A DNA stretch of 63,912 nucleotides, filler included, from an uncultured bacterium (GCA_964637655.1; 7 parts of 7 records of this genome joined end to end with filler, not necessarily neighbours in it), one strand, 5' to 3'. Counted from the first letter of the whole stretch, positions 42,052 through 52,104 are shown. Program-made: numbers and translations. The notes: generated by a model not told the origin, from the sequence alone.

Positions 42052-42157
42052 GCAAGTATTCAGCCACCCTCACCCTTCCCTCTCCCGCCGCAGGCGGGAG
42101 AGGGTGGTTGCCTTCCCCCTCTGCGAGGGGGAAGGTTGGATGAGGGTGAATAGTTGC
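42052..42157. repeat. MITE/REP-like element with ~14-bp terminal inverted repeats
   Basis: GCAAGTATTCAGCC ... GGGTGAATAGTTGC enclosing CCCTCTCCC hairpins. Confidence 0.75.
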
Positions 42158-42173
42158 GTTTCAGGAGGTCTCC

Positions 42174-42404
42174 ATGTTGCCGTTTACGCGCATTACCAGT
42201 GACCCGGCAGTCATGGGCGGTCGCCCGTGCATACGGGGTCAGCGGATTACTGTCGGTACGGTTATCGGCCTGCTTGCTGCCGGGCATAGCGCGGCACACG
42301 TTCTTGAATTGTACCCGTACCTCGAGCAGGGCGACATTGACGAGGCCCTCCGCTATGCCGCGTGGCGCGCCGAGGAACAGGACATCCCGCTCGCTTCAGC
42401 GTGA
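42174..42404 (+). CDS. DUF433 antitoxin
   Basis: RITSDPAVMGGRPCIRGQRITV..YPYLE..DIDEALRYAA. Confidence 0.93.
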   Translation: MLPFTRITSDPAVMGGRPCIRGQRITVGTVIGLLAAGHSAAHVLELYPYLEQGDIDEALRYAAWRAEEQDIPLASA

Positions 42405-42784
42405 AACTGCTGGTTGATGTCTGTCTTTCACCGCAGTGGGTTCCCGCCCTGCTGCAACACGGCTATACCGCCATTCACTGGTCTACCGTGGGGCAGCGTA
42501 CTGCTCCTGATGCGGTGCTCACCGCCTGGGCACGCGCGCACGACCATATCGTTCTGACTCACGATCTTGATTTCGGGGCACTGCTGGCCGCCTGTTCCTG
42601 GAATTCCCCTTCCGTGCTCATCCTCCGCTGTGCCGATGTCAGTCCCGCCGGTTCGCTATCTCTCGTGCTGGCAACCCTGCAGTCAACTGCGGAGTTTCTG
42701 CGACGCGGTGCGCTGATAAGCATCGACGAACACCGTTCCCGCGTACGCGTTTTGCCCATTTTCCGTCAGGAGGACATGCCATGA
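42401..42784 (+). CDS. DUF5615 PIN-like toxin
   Basis: KLLVDVCLSP, APD, IVLTHDLDFG, RVRVLPI. Confidence 0.9.
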   Translation: MKLLVDVCLSPQWVPALLQHGYTAIHWSTVGQRTAPDAVLTAWARAHDHIVLTHDLDFGALLAACSWNSPSVLILRCADVSPAGSLSLVLATLQSTAEFLRRGALISIDEHRSRVRVLPIFRQEDMP

Positions 42785-43026
42785 CCTACACCCTGTTGCT
42801 CATCAAGGTGGCACAGCGCGAACAGGCCGCGCGACGCGTGCAGGAGCTGCTCACGCAGTTCGGCTGCAGCATCAAGGTGCGGCTCGGACTGCACGAGTCG
42901 CCGGCCGGCAGTTGCTCGCCGTGCGGGCTGATTGTCCTGCACATGGAGTGCGGCAGCGAGTGCGAGCAGCTGCTCGCCGCGCTCAAGGCCGAGCTCGGCG
43001 TCACCGCCCAGCTCCTCACCATCTGA
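42781..43026 (+). CDS. ACT-like small protein (TM1266 / iron-only hydrogenase regulator-like)
   Basis: R..AARRVQELLTQFGCSIKVRLGLHE...GLIVL. Confidence 0.72.
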   Translation: MTYTLLLIKVAQREQAARRVQELLTQFGCSIKVRLGLHESPAGSCSPCGLIVLHMECGSECEQLLAALKAELGVTAQLLTI

Positions 43027-43153
43027 AAAGGGGACAGACAAGAAAAGGGGACACACACTTTCAGCACAGCAATGCCCGTTGCTGACCGGAAAGTGTGTGT
43101 CCCCTTTTCTGAAAGTGTGTGTCCCCTTTTCTGAAAGTGTGTGTCCCCTTTTC
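43025..43153. repeat. GAAAAGGGGACACACAC repeat cluster: two units inverted against three tandem 22-bp units
   Basis: GAAAGTGTGTGTCCCCTTTTCT x3 (about 43089-43153); reverse complement at 43025-43063. Confidence 0.88.
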
Positions 43154-43155
43154 GG

Positions 43156-44145
43156 TTAGCGGGGGAGGGGGCGCAGCGGACGCAGGGGGCGGCGCAGCGG
43201 CGGGGTGTCGCCGCGCTGCTGATGCTGCGTGCGCAGTTCCTGCAGGCGGGCGGCGCGGGTATCGGCCACTGCTGCCCGGCGTGCCTGCAGCGCCTCACGG
43301 CGGGCCGCGATGCTGTCGGCAACAGCCGCGCGCAGGGCGGCACGACTGTCGGCAAACTCCGCCCGGCGGGTCGCAATGGTATCAGCAGCATCCGCCCGGC
43401 GCTGACGCAGCAGTTCACGCCGCTGCTGCAGATGCTGCACGATGCGCTGGCGGCGCGCTTCCGGCAACTGCCGCAGCACCGTGCGCAGCGACGAGGTGTC
43501 GGTTTCCGGGGAAAGGTTGTAGCGCTGCACAAGGCGCTCCGTCAGCCGGCTGCGCATTTCCTGCCAGCGTTCGCGCCGTTCCTGCCGCACTTCCGCAAGT
43601 TTGAGCCGGCGCCGTTCGATGCGGGCGGCGCGATCGGCCGTCAGCGGCTTCGTCTCGCTGCCATTGCCGGCCACCACCTCGCCCGAAAAGACCTCAACCT
43701 GTGTCGCCTCGCCGTCCACTTCCACGGCAAAATCGGTGCCGCGCACCCCGGCGGTGGCGGCAGCCGTGCGCACGGTGAACCGCTTGCCCGCGGCGGGGGG
43801 AACTTCAAGGCGGATGCCCCCCTGTTCGAGGGCGACAATGATGTGCCAGTACCCCGCCTGCGTATCAGCCCGCTCAACGGTAAAGCGTGCGCCCTCAGTC
43901 ATCTCCAGCATGGTTCCGTCAGGCAGGGTGTAGTCACCCGGTTCGCCACCGCTGTCGACCGCCTGTTGCAGCGGCACCACCGGGGCAACCTCCTGCAGCG
44001 ATATTTCTGCCGGTAGTGCTGCTGTCGTCGTGACAGCGGGTTGCGGTGCTACGGCATGCTCCTGACGGCCACACCCCGCTGTCGCCATCAGCACGAGAGA
44101 AATCACGGCAACGATAAGGAAACGGTTATGCACTTGAAGCTTCAC
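43156..44145 (-). CDS. FecR-domain lipoprotein with helical, Arg-rich C-terminus
   Basis: Lipobox TAGC; LPDGT, FTVRT..ATAGVRGTDFAV, VEVFSGEV. Confidence 0.8.
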   Translation of the reverse strand: MKLQVHNRFLIVAVISLVLMATAGCGRQEHAVAPQPAVTTTAALPAEISLQEVAPVVPLQQAVDSGGEPGDYTLPDGTMLEMTEGARFTVERADTQAGYWHIIVALEQGGIRLEVPPAAGKRFTVRTAAATAGVRGTDFAVEVDGEATQVEVFSGEVVAGNGSETKPLTADRAARIERRRLKLAEVRQERRERWQEMRSRLTERLVQRYNLSPETDTSSLRTVLRQLPEARRQRIVQHLQQRRELLRQRRADAADTIATRRAEFADSRAALRAAVADSIAARREALQARRAAVADTRAARLQELRTQHQQRGDTPPLRRPLRPLRPLPR

Positions 44146-44146
44146 C

Positions 44147-44773
44147 TCACCACCCCTGTGCGACCTTTTCCGCTGCGCTGATGGAGGCGGCAATAGCCGC
44201 CTCGCGTCCCGCGTCATCGTTGGCGTCCATCGGCTGCACACTGATGAAATCGATGTCACGGAACCCGGCAAACCCGAACACCGTACTCAGGTAGGGAATG
44301 ATGTTATCCATGCCGCGGGCAGGGGAATCAGGACCGTAATCGCCGCCGCGGGCGCTGATCACCGCCAGTTTGCGTCCCGTCACCATCCCCTCTGGCCCCT
44401 TCTCTGTGTAACGGAACAGGTAGCCGGGCTGCCAGACGATATCGATGTAGTTCTTCAGGACGTAGGGGATGCTGAAATTCCACATCGGGGTGCTGACGAG
44501 GATGGCGTCAGCCGTCGTGAAACGGCTGATTTCCTCCTCCACCTGTTTCCAGACCGGCTGCAGTTCGGGCGGGATGTTCTTCCCGCCCATCAGGAAATAC
44601 TTGCCGGCCACCGTCTGCTGCGTGACCGACGGGGCGGGATCGGTGAACAGGTTGCGCTCGTCTATGGTCAGGCCGGGATGCTTCTCCCGCAGGGCGGCAA
44701 GGAAACGGGCACTGACGCGCAGGGTGCGCGACGCGCTGCCGCGCGGGGTGGCAATCAGGTGCAGGAGTTTCAT
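44147..44773 (-). CDS. azoR: FMN-dependent NADH-azoreductase
   Basis: ATPRG..SRT, PMWNFSIPYVLKNYID, FRYTEKGPEG, ARGGDY. Confidence 0.92.
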   Translation of the reverse strand: MKLLHLIATPRGSASRTLRVSARFLAALREKHPGLTIDERNLFTDPAPSVTQQTVAGKYFLMGGKNIPPELQPVWKQVEEEISRFTTADAILVSTPMWNFSIPYVLKNYIDIVWQPGYLFRYTEKGPEGMVTGRKLAVISARGGDYGPDSPARGMDNIIPYLSTVFGFAGFRDIDFISVQPMDANDDAGREAAIAASISAAEKVAQGW

Positions 44774-44829
44774 CGGCGTATCCTCCGGAAGCGTGCTGCG
44801 GCGAGGATACCGCCTTCACTGCCTCCGTG

Positions 44830-45840
44830 TCAAACCGCGCGGCGCTGCGCGGTGTCCACTGCCTGCCAGACGCGTTCCGCCACACGCCCGATGAACTCCT
44901 TGGCCACCCAGTAGGACGGGAAGTCGCGGGTGAGCACCGCGACGATGACCGTGCGGTCGCGGAAATAGAGCGTGCCGACATCGTGCACCACGTTGTACAT
45001 CAACCCGGTCTTGTGGGCGATGGGCACCCCCTCAGGGATGAAGCGCGGCAGGCGGTCACGCAGCTTGCAGCGCAGCAGGTGGCCACGCATCTGCTCGCAG
45101 TAGTCGTTGCCGATCAGTTCGCCGCGCTCGAGTTTTTCGAGGAATTCGCCCATGTCGCGCGCGGTGGTCAGGTTCTCGACGCCGCGGTCGCGCGCCGCGA
45201 GGTCCATGACGTCGCGAATCATGTCGGTGCGGTAGAGTCCGAATTCGCGGCAGGCGCGGTTGACGCGATCCATGCCGACGGCATCGACCAGCACGTTGGT
45301 CGCGGTATTGTCACTGACCGTGATCATCTGTTCGAGCAGGTTGCGCACCGTGTCGGTCTGCCCCGTCGGAACGCCCGCCGTCGGCCCGCAGCCGCTTACC
45401 TTGTGGCGTTCGAGCACCGCCAGCGGCGTTTCGAGGGTCAGCCGGCCGGCAGCGATATCGCGGTAGACCAGCCCCATCACCGGGAGTTTGACCAACGAGG
45501 CGCTCGGCATCTGCACGTTTTCCCGGTAACTGATGACGCGGCCGCTGCGCAGGTCCTTGAGGTAATAGGCGACGGGATACGCCTGCATGTTGGCCAGCGC
45601 CTGCAGGTCGCGCTCTGCGAGGTCCCAGCGGGGCACCTGCGCGTCGGTGTCAACCGGGCGCTCATGCCCGCCGCGCAGCGCGGTCGGCAGCACGGCCCGC
45701 GCGACCACGACTTCCTCGTCTGCGGCGGCGCTGGTCAGCCCCCACGGCAGCGGCTGCAGTTGCAGGACGACAATGCTCAGGCCGACCGCCAAAGTCAGCC
45801 ACGGCAGCGTGCGGCGACGCAGCAGGAAGGAAAGCAGCAT
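44830..45840 (-). CDS. Class A beta-lactamase-like serine hydrolase (Beta-lactamase2/PBP-A type)
   Basis: SASLVK (SxxK), SDNTATN, HKTG, HDVG. Confidence 0.85.
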   Translation of the reverse strand: MLLSFLLRRRTLPWLTLAVGLSIVVLQLQPLPWGLTSAAADEEVVVARAVLPTALRGGHERPVDTDAQVPRWDLAERDLQALANMQAYPVAYYLKDLRSGRVISYRENVQMPSASLVKLPVMGLVYRDIAAGRLTLETPLAVLERHKVSGCGPTAGVPTGQTDTVRNLLEQMITVSDNTATNVLVDAVGMDRVNRACREFGLYRTDMIRDVMDLAARDRGVENLTTARDMGEFLEKLERGELIGNDYCEQMRGHLLRCKLRDRLPRFIPEGVPIAHKTGLMYNVVHDVGTLYFRDRTVIVAVLTRDFPSYWVAKEFIGRVAERVWQAVDTAQRRAV

Positions 45841-45842
45841 AA

Positions 45843-45942
45843 NNNNNNNNNNNNNNNNNNNNNNNNNNNNNNNNNNNNNNNNNNNNTTAATTAATTAANN
45901 NNNNNNNNNNNNNNNNNNNNNNNNNNNNNNNNNNNNNNNNNN
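45843..45942. other. Artificial contig linker
   Basis: N/TTAATTAATTAA/N. Confidence 0.98.
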
Positions 45943-45997
45943 TCTTCCTCTCCCGCTATGAACAGCGGGCGAGGGGACAGACGGGCTGAATAGTTAC
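45943..45997. repeat. Partial MITE/REP-like element (same family as 42052-42157)
   Basis: CCTCTCCCGCT..AGCGGGCGAGG..GGGCTGAATAGTTAC. Confidence 0.7.
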
Positions 45998-46023
45998 TAA
46001 TCAGGATACAGTGGAGGTGCGCC

Positions 46024-46263
46024 ATGCTGGCAACTACGGCAACAGCCAAGGGGCAGATAGTCATACCGGTGGCGTTGCGCCGGCAGTTTAACATCCAGCC
46101 CGGCACACGGCTATCGATCAGGGCCGATGCCCGGGGTGAGCGGATAATCGTGCAGCCGATTACCCGGGAGTATTTGCATGCGGTGCGCGGCCAATACCGG
46201 GAAAAGGGGCTGCTCGCCGCGTTACGGGCGGACCGCCGGCGCGACGCCCGCCGGGAACGCTGA
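46024..46263 (+). CDS. AbrB/MazE/SpoVT antitoxin
   Basis: TAKGQIVIPVALRRQFNIQPGT; GGAGG SD. Confidence 0.9.
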   Translation: MLATTATAKGQIVIPVALRRQFNIQPGTRLSIRADARGERIIVQPITREYLHAVRGQYREKGLLAALRADRRRDARRER

Positions 46264-46264
46264 C

Positions 46265-46690
46265 GTGGCGCAAAAAGCGAAACCGCTGGTGCTGGATGCC
46301 TGGGCGGTGCTTGCCTACTATTCTGCCGAAACCGCGGGGGCGACGGTGGCCGATGCCGTTGCTGACGCCCTTGCCGCGAATCAGCCGGTACTGCTTTCCG
46401 TGGCCAATGCCGGAGAAATCTGGTACATCCTTGCCAGGAAACACGGCGAACATGAAGCTGACCGGCGGCTGGACGAATTAACCGGCATGGGGATACAACT
46501 GGTTGCGATTGACTGGCCGCTGGCCCGGATCGCGGCGAGATTCAAGAAAAAGGGCAGGATATCATTTGCGGACTGCTTCGCCGCAGCCCTGGCGCGCAGC
46601 AGCAATGGTATTCTGCTCACCGGTGACGGTGAATTCAAGTCGCTGCAGCCTGAGGTTGCCATACGCTGGTTGCCCACCCGGGGCGCTTGA
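46265..46690 (+). CDS. vapC: VapC PIN-domain toxin
   Basis: VLDAWAVLAY, NAGEIWY, ISFADCFAAALA, LLTGD.EF. Confidence 0.9.
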   Translation: MAQKAKPLVLDAWAVLAYYSAETAGATVADAVADALAANQPVLLSVANAGEIWYILARKHGEHEADRRLDELTGMGIQLVAIDWPLARIAARFKKKGRISFADCFAAALARSSNGILLTGDGEFKSLQPEVAIRWLPTRGA

Positions 46691-46794
46691 AACGGGCAGT
46701 TCGGGGACTGCATGCATTTCAGCAAGCATCGAAACATCCGGTTGATTCACCCTCAGTCATGATGTTGTTTCCCGGCGCCGGTGTGAAAAAAAAG

Positions 46795-46848
46795 GCAACA
46801 AATCAGGCCGGCAGCTTCCTCTCCCGGCGGGAGAGGGTGAATAGTTGC
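46795..46848. repeat. MITE/REP-like element (same family as 42052-42157)
   Basis: GCAACAAATCAGGCC..CCTCTCCCG-CGGGAGAGG-GTGAATAGTTGC. Confidence 0.65.
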
Positions 46849-46896
46849 CCTGACCAGTCACTAAAACAATGCCTGCGTCAACAGGGGAACGTCCGT

Positions 46897-47433
46897 TCAA
46901 TAATTCGCGACCGTACCGACATACCCGCCATCGCGCGCCATGAAAATGTCATCCCGTGAAGTACCGTGTTGAATATCGGCAGAGAAAAGTCCGTTCTCGC
47001 CTTTGCTGAAGATGTCGTATTCCTGATTGATCGGAGCAGTCACATCCATGCGCTTATCTGCCGGCTGGATCAGTTTGAAATTGTTGAATATATACGGGTT
47101 GTTCCACGGATCGAGCGGCGGGGTGCCCAGATTGTCGGGAACCAGTTCCGCCATATTTGCCGGCAGGTTCCCGTTATGCAGGACCCGATGCGTTTCCACC
47201 GCGTCGCGAATGACCACAATCTCGGCAATGGCCCGGCCCTGCTTCGCCTTGTCGATCGCCGACATGAATTTCGGGACCGCCATGGCCGCCAGCACGGAAA
47301 CGATGGTTGCGGTCACCAGCAGTTCGATGAGCGTAAACCCCGCCTGTCCTGACCGCGGCCAGCGGACACGGTTCCCTGGTGACGGGCTGGCCGCGCGCGC
47401 GTCAGTCGTCAGCGCCATGGTCATCACCTGCAT
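46897..47433 (-). CDS. Prepilin-type / GspG-like pseudopilin
   Basis: G|FTLIELL cleavage motif; DPWNNPY; DIFSKGENG. Confidence 0.9.
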   Translation of the reverse strand: MQVMTMALTTDARAASPSPGNRVRWPRSGQAGFTLIELLVTATIVSVLAAMAVPKFMSAIDKAKQGRAIAEIVVIRDAVETHRVLHNGNLPANMAELVPDNLGTPPLDPWNNPYIFNNFKLIQPADKRMDVTAPINQEYDIFSKGENGLFSADIQHGTSRDDIFMARDGGYVGTVANY

Positions 47434-47764
47434 GCCGGGCTCAGGCCGTTTTCCGCAACCGGCGCGACAGCAGCGTCTGCCGGTAGCTCGGTCCGTTCAG
47501 CCATGCGGCTTTCGGCGGCGGGACACTGGTGCCACCCGCGTGCGCGGTGCACCGGTCAATTGCCGGCGTGCCTGCCAGTGCCGCCTGTGACACCGCCCGT
47601 TGCATGCCCTGATGCTGCCGTACCGTGTTATCCACTCGTTCCTCCTGATGCGCCGCTGCGGCAATCCACCACCTCGACGGTCTGCAGCAAGTATACCCGC
47701 AACTGCGGATGCCGGCGATTGGCGGTTTCCCCTTTTGTCTGACGAAGTTCGCTGCCGGCACAGG

Positions 47765-49027
47765 TCATGATGCCGCGGCCGCCACGCACAGTTGCGGCCG
47801 GCGCTTCTCCACGCCCTGATAGGGCGCGAGCAGCGCCACCGTCTGCTGACGCGGCAGGATAACGGTGAATACGGAGCCCTGCCCGGGCGCGCTGACCACG
47901 GTGATCCGCCCGTGCTGGCGGCTGACGAGCGCCGCCGCGATGCTCAGCCCGATGCCCAGACCGCCGGCAGCGCCCCCTTCCGGCTGGTCAACCTGATAAA
48001 ACTGTTCGAAGATGTGCCGCTGGTTGGCCGCGCTGATACCCGGCCCGCTGTCGCGGACGTGGAATTGCACTTCCGTCGGGTTGGCAGCGGCGCTGATGGT
48101 GACCGTGCCACCGGGCGGCGTGAACTTGATCGCGTTGTCAGCGATATTGGTCAGGACCTGGAGCAGTTGCCGGCGATCGCCATACACGGCCACCGCGCTC
48201 CCTTCGCAGCGCAGCGTAATCTCCCGTTCCCGGGCCTTGCCGCGCAGCAGTTCGCCGACCTCTTCGCTCAACCCGTCGGCGGGAAAGGTGTCGTAATTGA
48301 GGGGCAGACCCCGGCGGTCGGTGTTGGCGAGTTGCTGCAGGTTGTCGATCACCGCGAACTGGAGATCGATGTTGTCCAGCATCACGCCGCACTGCTCGCG
48401 CTGCAGCGGTGACACCGGGCCCGACTGGCCGGCGCTGATCATTCTGGCATAGCCGCGCACCGCAATCAGGGGGGTGCGCAATTCATGCGCGATGTTCGCG
48501 AGCAGGTTGTTGTTCATGCCATCGCGCGCGCGCAGGCGGATGTTCGCCGTTTCCATCTCCTTGAGTTGCGTTTCCAGTTTGCAGATCAGCGTCTCATTGT
48601 AGCGCCTGAGGCATACCGGGTCGGGGGTCACGCCGGGCCTGGTCCGCGCCGGCCGCCCCCCCTCCGCCAGCAGTTGCTGCACCGTCGCCACGATCACTTC
48701 GGGTGGTGCCGGCACGGTGATGAACCGGTCGGCGCCCGAACTCATGGCCAGTTGCCGGTCCTTGTCGTCCGTGTATGAGGCGGTGAGGAAAATGAACGGT
48801 ATCCTGCCCAGCATCGGGTCCTGCCGCCATTGCCGGCAGAGCATAAACCCGTCCATCACCGGCATCAGGATGTCGGAGATGACCAGGTCGGGCGGGCGGG
48901 CCAGGGCCACGGTCAGCGCTTCGGCCCCGTTCATCGCGGTGAGCACGGTGTACCCGGCATTCTCGAGGATCGTCTTGAGCAGGCACCGGTTCTCCGCCAA
49001 GTCATCAACAATCAACACACTATGCAT
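47765..49027 (-). CDS. Hybrid receiver-histidine kinase
   Basis: LIVDD, SDILMPVMDG; AHELRTPL, NIADNAIKFT, DSGPGI, GLGIGL. Confidence 0.92.
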   Translation of the reverse strand: MHSVLIVDDLAENRCLLKTILENAGYTVLTAMNGAEALTVALARPPDLVISDILMPVMDGFMLCRQWRQDPMLGRIPFIFLTASYTDDKDRQLAMSSGADRFITVPAPPEVIVATVQQLLAEGGRPARTRPGVTPDPVCLRRYNETLICKLETQLKEMETANIRLRARDGMNNNLLANIAHELRTPLIAVRGYARMISAGQSGPVSPLQREQCGVMLDNIDLQFAVIDNLQQLANTDRRGLPLNYDTFPADGLSEEVGELLRGKAREREITLRCEGSAVAVYGDRRQLLQVLTNIADNAIKFTPPGGTVTISAAANPTEVQFHVRDSGPGISAANQRHIFEQFYQVDQPEGGAAGGLGIGLSIAAALVSRQHGRITVVSAPGQGSVFTVILPRQQTVALLAPYQGVEKRRPQLCVAAAAS

Positions 49028-49155
49028 GGTTGCCACTACGCTCCTGACCCTGGCCGGGCAGTATACCGCCCTGCCGACACCTATCGTGCGCCTGACAGCT
49101 CATGACGAGGAGTGGCGGCAGCCGCGTGACGCGGCTTTCATCCGCAGCGGACTGC

Positions 49156-49377
49156 TCAGCTTTTCCGGCTGCCCGCCAGCAGCACACCGACGCCGATAAC
49201 GATCGTGCCCAACCCGATCCACATCGGAAAATTGACTTCCTTCCGGTCGGTCACCGACACTTCGAGCGGGCCCAGCGTGGCCTCATGCGTTTCCGTGGTA
49301 TAGCCGAACGCGCCATACAGCAACCCCAGCACCCCGGCGACGATCAGCACGATGGCGACAATGTTCACGGTGTTCAT
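49156..49377 (-). CDS. Small two-TM membrane protein
   Basis: GGAG SD; IVLIVAGVLGLLYG..YT.ETH..LGPLEV. Confidence 0.75.
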   Translation of the reverse strand: MNTVNIVAIVLIVAGVLGLLYGAFGYTTETHEATLGPLEVSVTDRKEVNFPMWIGLGTIVIGVGVLLAGSRKS

Positions 49378-49444
49378 AGGTGTTCCTCCCCTGCCCGTTC
49401 TCCCAACGCCGCGCCGGCCTGATGTCCATGGCCGGCCACGGGCT

Positions 49445-49470
49445 AAAAGCCGGCGGCTATACCCGCCGGC
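49445..49470 (-). terminator. Possible intrinsic terminator
   Basis: GCCGGCGG-6-CCGCCGGC followed by TTTT. Confidence 0.45.
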
Positions 49471-49603
49471 CCTGAATGACACGCACCAGAATAGTCAAGA
49501 TGGCAATCGCCAGCAGGACATGGATAAAGCCCCCCATGGTAAACGAGGTGAGATATCCCAGCAGCCACAGGATGACCAGCACCACAGCAATGGATTCGAG
49601 CAT
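49457..49603 (-). CDS. lmo0937 family (DUF5670) small membrane protein, 48 aa, not in the ORF track
   Basis: MLESIAVVLVILWLLGYLTSFTMGGFIHVLLAIAILTILVRVIQGRRV; GAGGAG SD. Confidence 0.88.
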   Translation of the reverse strand: MLESIAVVLVILWLLGYLTSFTMGGFIHVLLAIAILTILVRVIQGRRV

Positions 49604-49839
49604 GTTCATTCTCCTCGTGCCAAGCGGCTTGGCGAACTATGTTCCGGCGGCCCAGGGCCGGCCGGACAGCAGCAATCCTCACCCTGCATAGACCCGTAAA
49701 CTGCGATAGGCGACGGTGCGTTCGATCGGTTCGCTGTGCATGACGGCGGCCGGCGCCCGCGCCGTCCAGTACTGGCGCGGGGCGGGGCCGGTGGCCGCCC
49801 GTTCCCGCCTGCTGCGCTGCCGCCCGGCGGTGCGCCGGG

Positions 49840-50295
49840 TCACGACTGCACCGGCGCGGCAGCGGGAGTACCGGCACATTGTGCCACCATGGCAATAATC
49901 GCGAGCGGGTCGCACGGTTTCTTCAGGAAGGCACGCAGGCCGTAAGCCGCCGCGATACCGGCCGGATCCTCGGTGCCGGTGTACGCCGACATGCCGATCA
50001 GCGGCGTGTGCGCACTCGTCTGGAATTTCCGCAGGTACCAGGCGTTCTCGTAGTTGCTGAGGTCGTCCATGGTGAAGTCGAGCAGGATCACCCCGGGGGT
50101 GACCAGTTGTGCCGCCGCCAGCGCGTTCACGGTGTCAGTGAAGGTCACCACCTCGTAGCCGGCCTCGCGCAGGCGCAGCGCCAGTGCACCCGCCCCGGCG
50201 CTGTCGGCGTCAACGATCATCACGTGGACCGTCCCGTCGTGCGTTGCACCGGTTTCCACTACCGGCCGCCCCGCTGCTGGCGTCGCGTTGGTCAT
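49840..50295 (-). CDS. Single-domain response regulator
   Basis: MIVDAD, ILLDFTM, GMSAY, FLKKP. Confidence 0.8.
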   Translation of the reverse strand: MTNATPAAGRPVVETGATHDGTVHVMIVDADSAGAGALALRLREAGYEVVTFTDTVNALAAAQLVTPGVILLDFTMDDLSNYENAWYLRKFQTSAHTPLIGMSAYTGTEDPAGIAAAYGLRAFLKKPCDPLAIIAMVAQCAGTPAAAPVQS

Positions 50296-51146
50296 TGGCT
50301 GTACCCGCGGAGCAGCTGCCGGGCGACCGGCTGCTGTTCCGCCCGGTCGGCGGAAACACCCATGCGGCGCACCGTCCCGCGTTCTGCGGCCCGCCCCCCC
50401 CTGCCTGATGCTCCGGTCATCATCATGACGACCTGTGCCACTGCCCGCGTCCTCATGCTTTGTGCTCCCTGCCCGACGGAAACTGTTCCCGCCCTTACGA
50501 CAACAAGTGTACTCCGGAACGGGCTGGTGCACGATTGGCAATATCCACTTTTACCTGACCGATATCCGCTGCGGTCGTGACCGCGCCCGGCAGACGCCGC
50601 CGGTCAGCGCGAAAGCCAGTTGCGACAGGCCAGCGTCATCAGCCGGGCCTGCATGCCGGACAACCCGGAGGGAAAACATCTGCCCGGAGAGGTCAGCACA
50701 TTGTCGATCCTGACGGCAGTAAACCCTTCCTGACGCGGGGCCGCGCCAACCGCGAACCGCCGCCGTGCGTTGCTGCTCACCGGTGCTGCCGGTGCGGCCA
50801 TGGCGGTAGCCACCAGCGCCGGCAGCACCCGTTGTGCCGTTTTTTCCATGCTCTCCCCGTCTGGCGACGCCCGTTTTCCGGTGCTGGCCTTCAGGGAACA
50901 GTATACCCGCAGTCACCCCGTACGCCTATTGGCGGTTCCCGCTATATGCTGACGTTTCTCCGCGCTGAACACAGGTTCACGCCGTGGTGTTGACCTGATT
51001 CCTGAACCGGAAACTGACGGGCCGGGGTGGTCGGTCCGGCCGGTTGGCAGAAGTCACTCGGGAAGATACGTGGATGCGGGATGCGGGCAGTTTCGCGGAC
51101 ACCTGCTGCTGCGCTCCCGAACTGAGAGGGAAAACATGGGAACCGC

Positions 51147-51204
51147 GTAACTGTTCACCCTCTCCCGCTGTGCAAAGCGGGCGACAGACGGGCTGAACAG
51201 TTGC
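51147..51204. repeat. MITE/REP-like element (same family as 42052-42157)
   Basis: GTAACTGTTCACCC ... GGGCTGAACAGTTGC with an internal hairpin. Confidence 0.75.
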
Positions 51205-51225
51205 GAAACCGCCCTGATTTAGTGC

Positions 51226-52104
51226 CTATCGTTCGGTAGTTGCGTATGCTGCGGTTGGGCACGGGAGGGGCGATGCTTCGCCCGTCTGTGCCCACCCGCC
51301 GGTGGGCAACTCGATGGTGAAGGTGCTCCCCTTGCCCGGCGCGCTTTCCGCCCAGACCCGGCCGCCATGGGCGGCAACCATCTTGCGCGCAATGGCCAGC
51401 CCCAGCCCGGTGCATTTTTCGCCTCCGGTCGGACGGCTGGCGCCCGGCACAAAGGGCTGAAAGATGCGTTCGAGTTCCGCCGGGGTGATCCCCGGCCCCT
51501 GATCACGCACGACAATCCGCACCACCGGGTGCTGAACAACCGTGCCCACGCTGATCGCGGTATGCGCCGGTGCATACTTGATGGCGTTGCCGATCAGGTT
51601 GTCCACCGCCTGCCGCAATTTCAGCGGGTCGGCGATGACCGTGACCGGCGCGGAGTCCGGGCCAAGCAGCAGGATGATCGACTTGTTCGCTGCCGCCGTC
51701 GCATGCAGGGCCAGCGCCTCACCCAGCAGCGCGGCAATTTCGACCGGGGCCGGATGCAGCAGTATCCGCCCGGATTCAATCACGGCAAGGTCCAGCATGT
51801 CGTCCAGCAGCCGGAGCATGAATTCGCTCACCTGGTGAATGGTGCGCAGCGTCTGCCGCCGCTCTTCCGGCCGCATGGCGGTGGTCAACCCGTCGTTGAG
51901 CAGCAATTCGGTGTACCCGGAGATGACCGTGAGCGGACTGCGCAGGTCATGCGCCGCTATCCCCAGCAGTTCATACTCTTTGTCGGGACACTGCCGGTCG
52001 CGCCGCGCTGCCCCGCTGCGACTGTCCGCCGCCGCCGCCCGCCCGCTATCACTGCCTGATTGATGGGTGCCTGCACTCCGTGACCGCAATTCAATGCTTG
52101 CCAA
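51226..52104 (-). CDS. Histidine kinase core (HisKA + HATPase) without a sensor domain; start uncertain (TTG)
   Basis: AAHDLRSPL, NLIGNAIKY, DQGPGI, TGLGLAI. Confidence 0.82.
   Translation of the reverse strand: MASIELRSRSAGTHQSGSDSGRAAAADSRSGAARRDRQCPDKEYELLGIAAHDLRSPLTVISGYTELLLNDGLTTAMRPEERRQTLRTIHQVSEFMLRLLDDMLDLAVIESGRILLHPAPVEIAALLGEALALHATAAANKSIILLLGPDSAPVTVIADPLKLRQAVDNLIGNAIKYAPAHTAISVGTVVQHPVVRIVVRDQGPGITPAELERIFQPFVPGASRPTGGEKCTGLGLAIARKMVAAHGGRVWAESAPGKGSTFTIELPTGGWAQTGEASPLPCPTAAYATTER

Noticed and set aside
43089-43153. Possible CRISPR array near the CARF gene
   Set aside because: 22-bp tandem units without spacers
44830-45840. Bona fide antibiotic-resistance beta-lactamase
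   Set aside because: Has SxxK/SDN/KTG but no recognisable class A omega-loop ExxLN; more like PBP-A-type serine hydrolases
47441-47760. c-di-GMP riboswitch upstream of the pseudopilin
   Set aside because: Only a partial resemblance (GAAA, GAGCTACCG); the core GGCAAA/GCAAA elements were not found by eye. An Rfam scan would settle it
50300-51146. ncRNA or genes in the long intergenic stretch
   Set aside because: No recognisable RNA family and no ORF with convincing motifs or start signals
51147-51204. Integron attC sites (AAC...GTT ends)
   Set aside because: Ends do not fit RYYYAAC/GTTRRRY, there is no integrase and no regular cassette array
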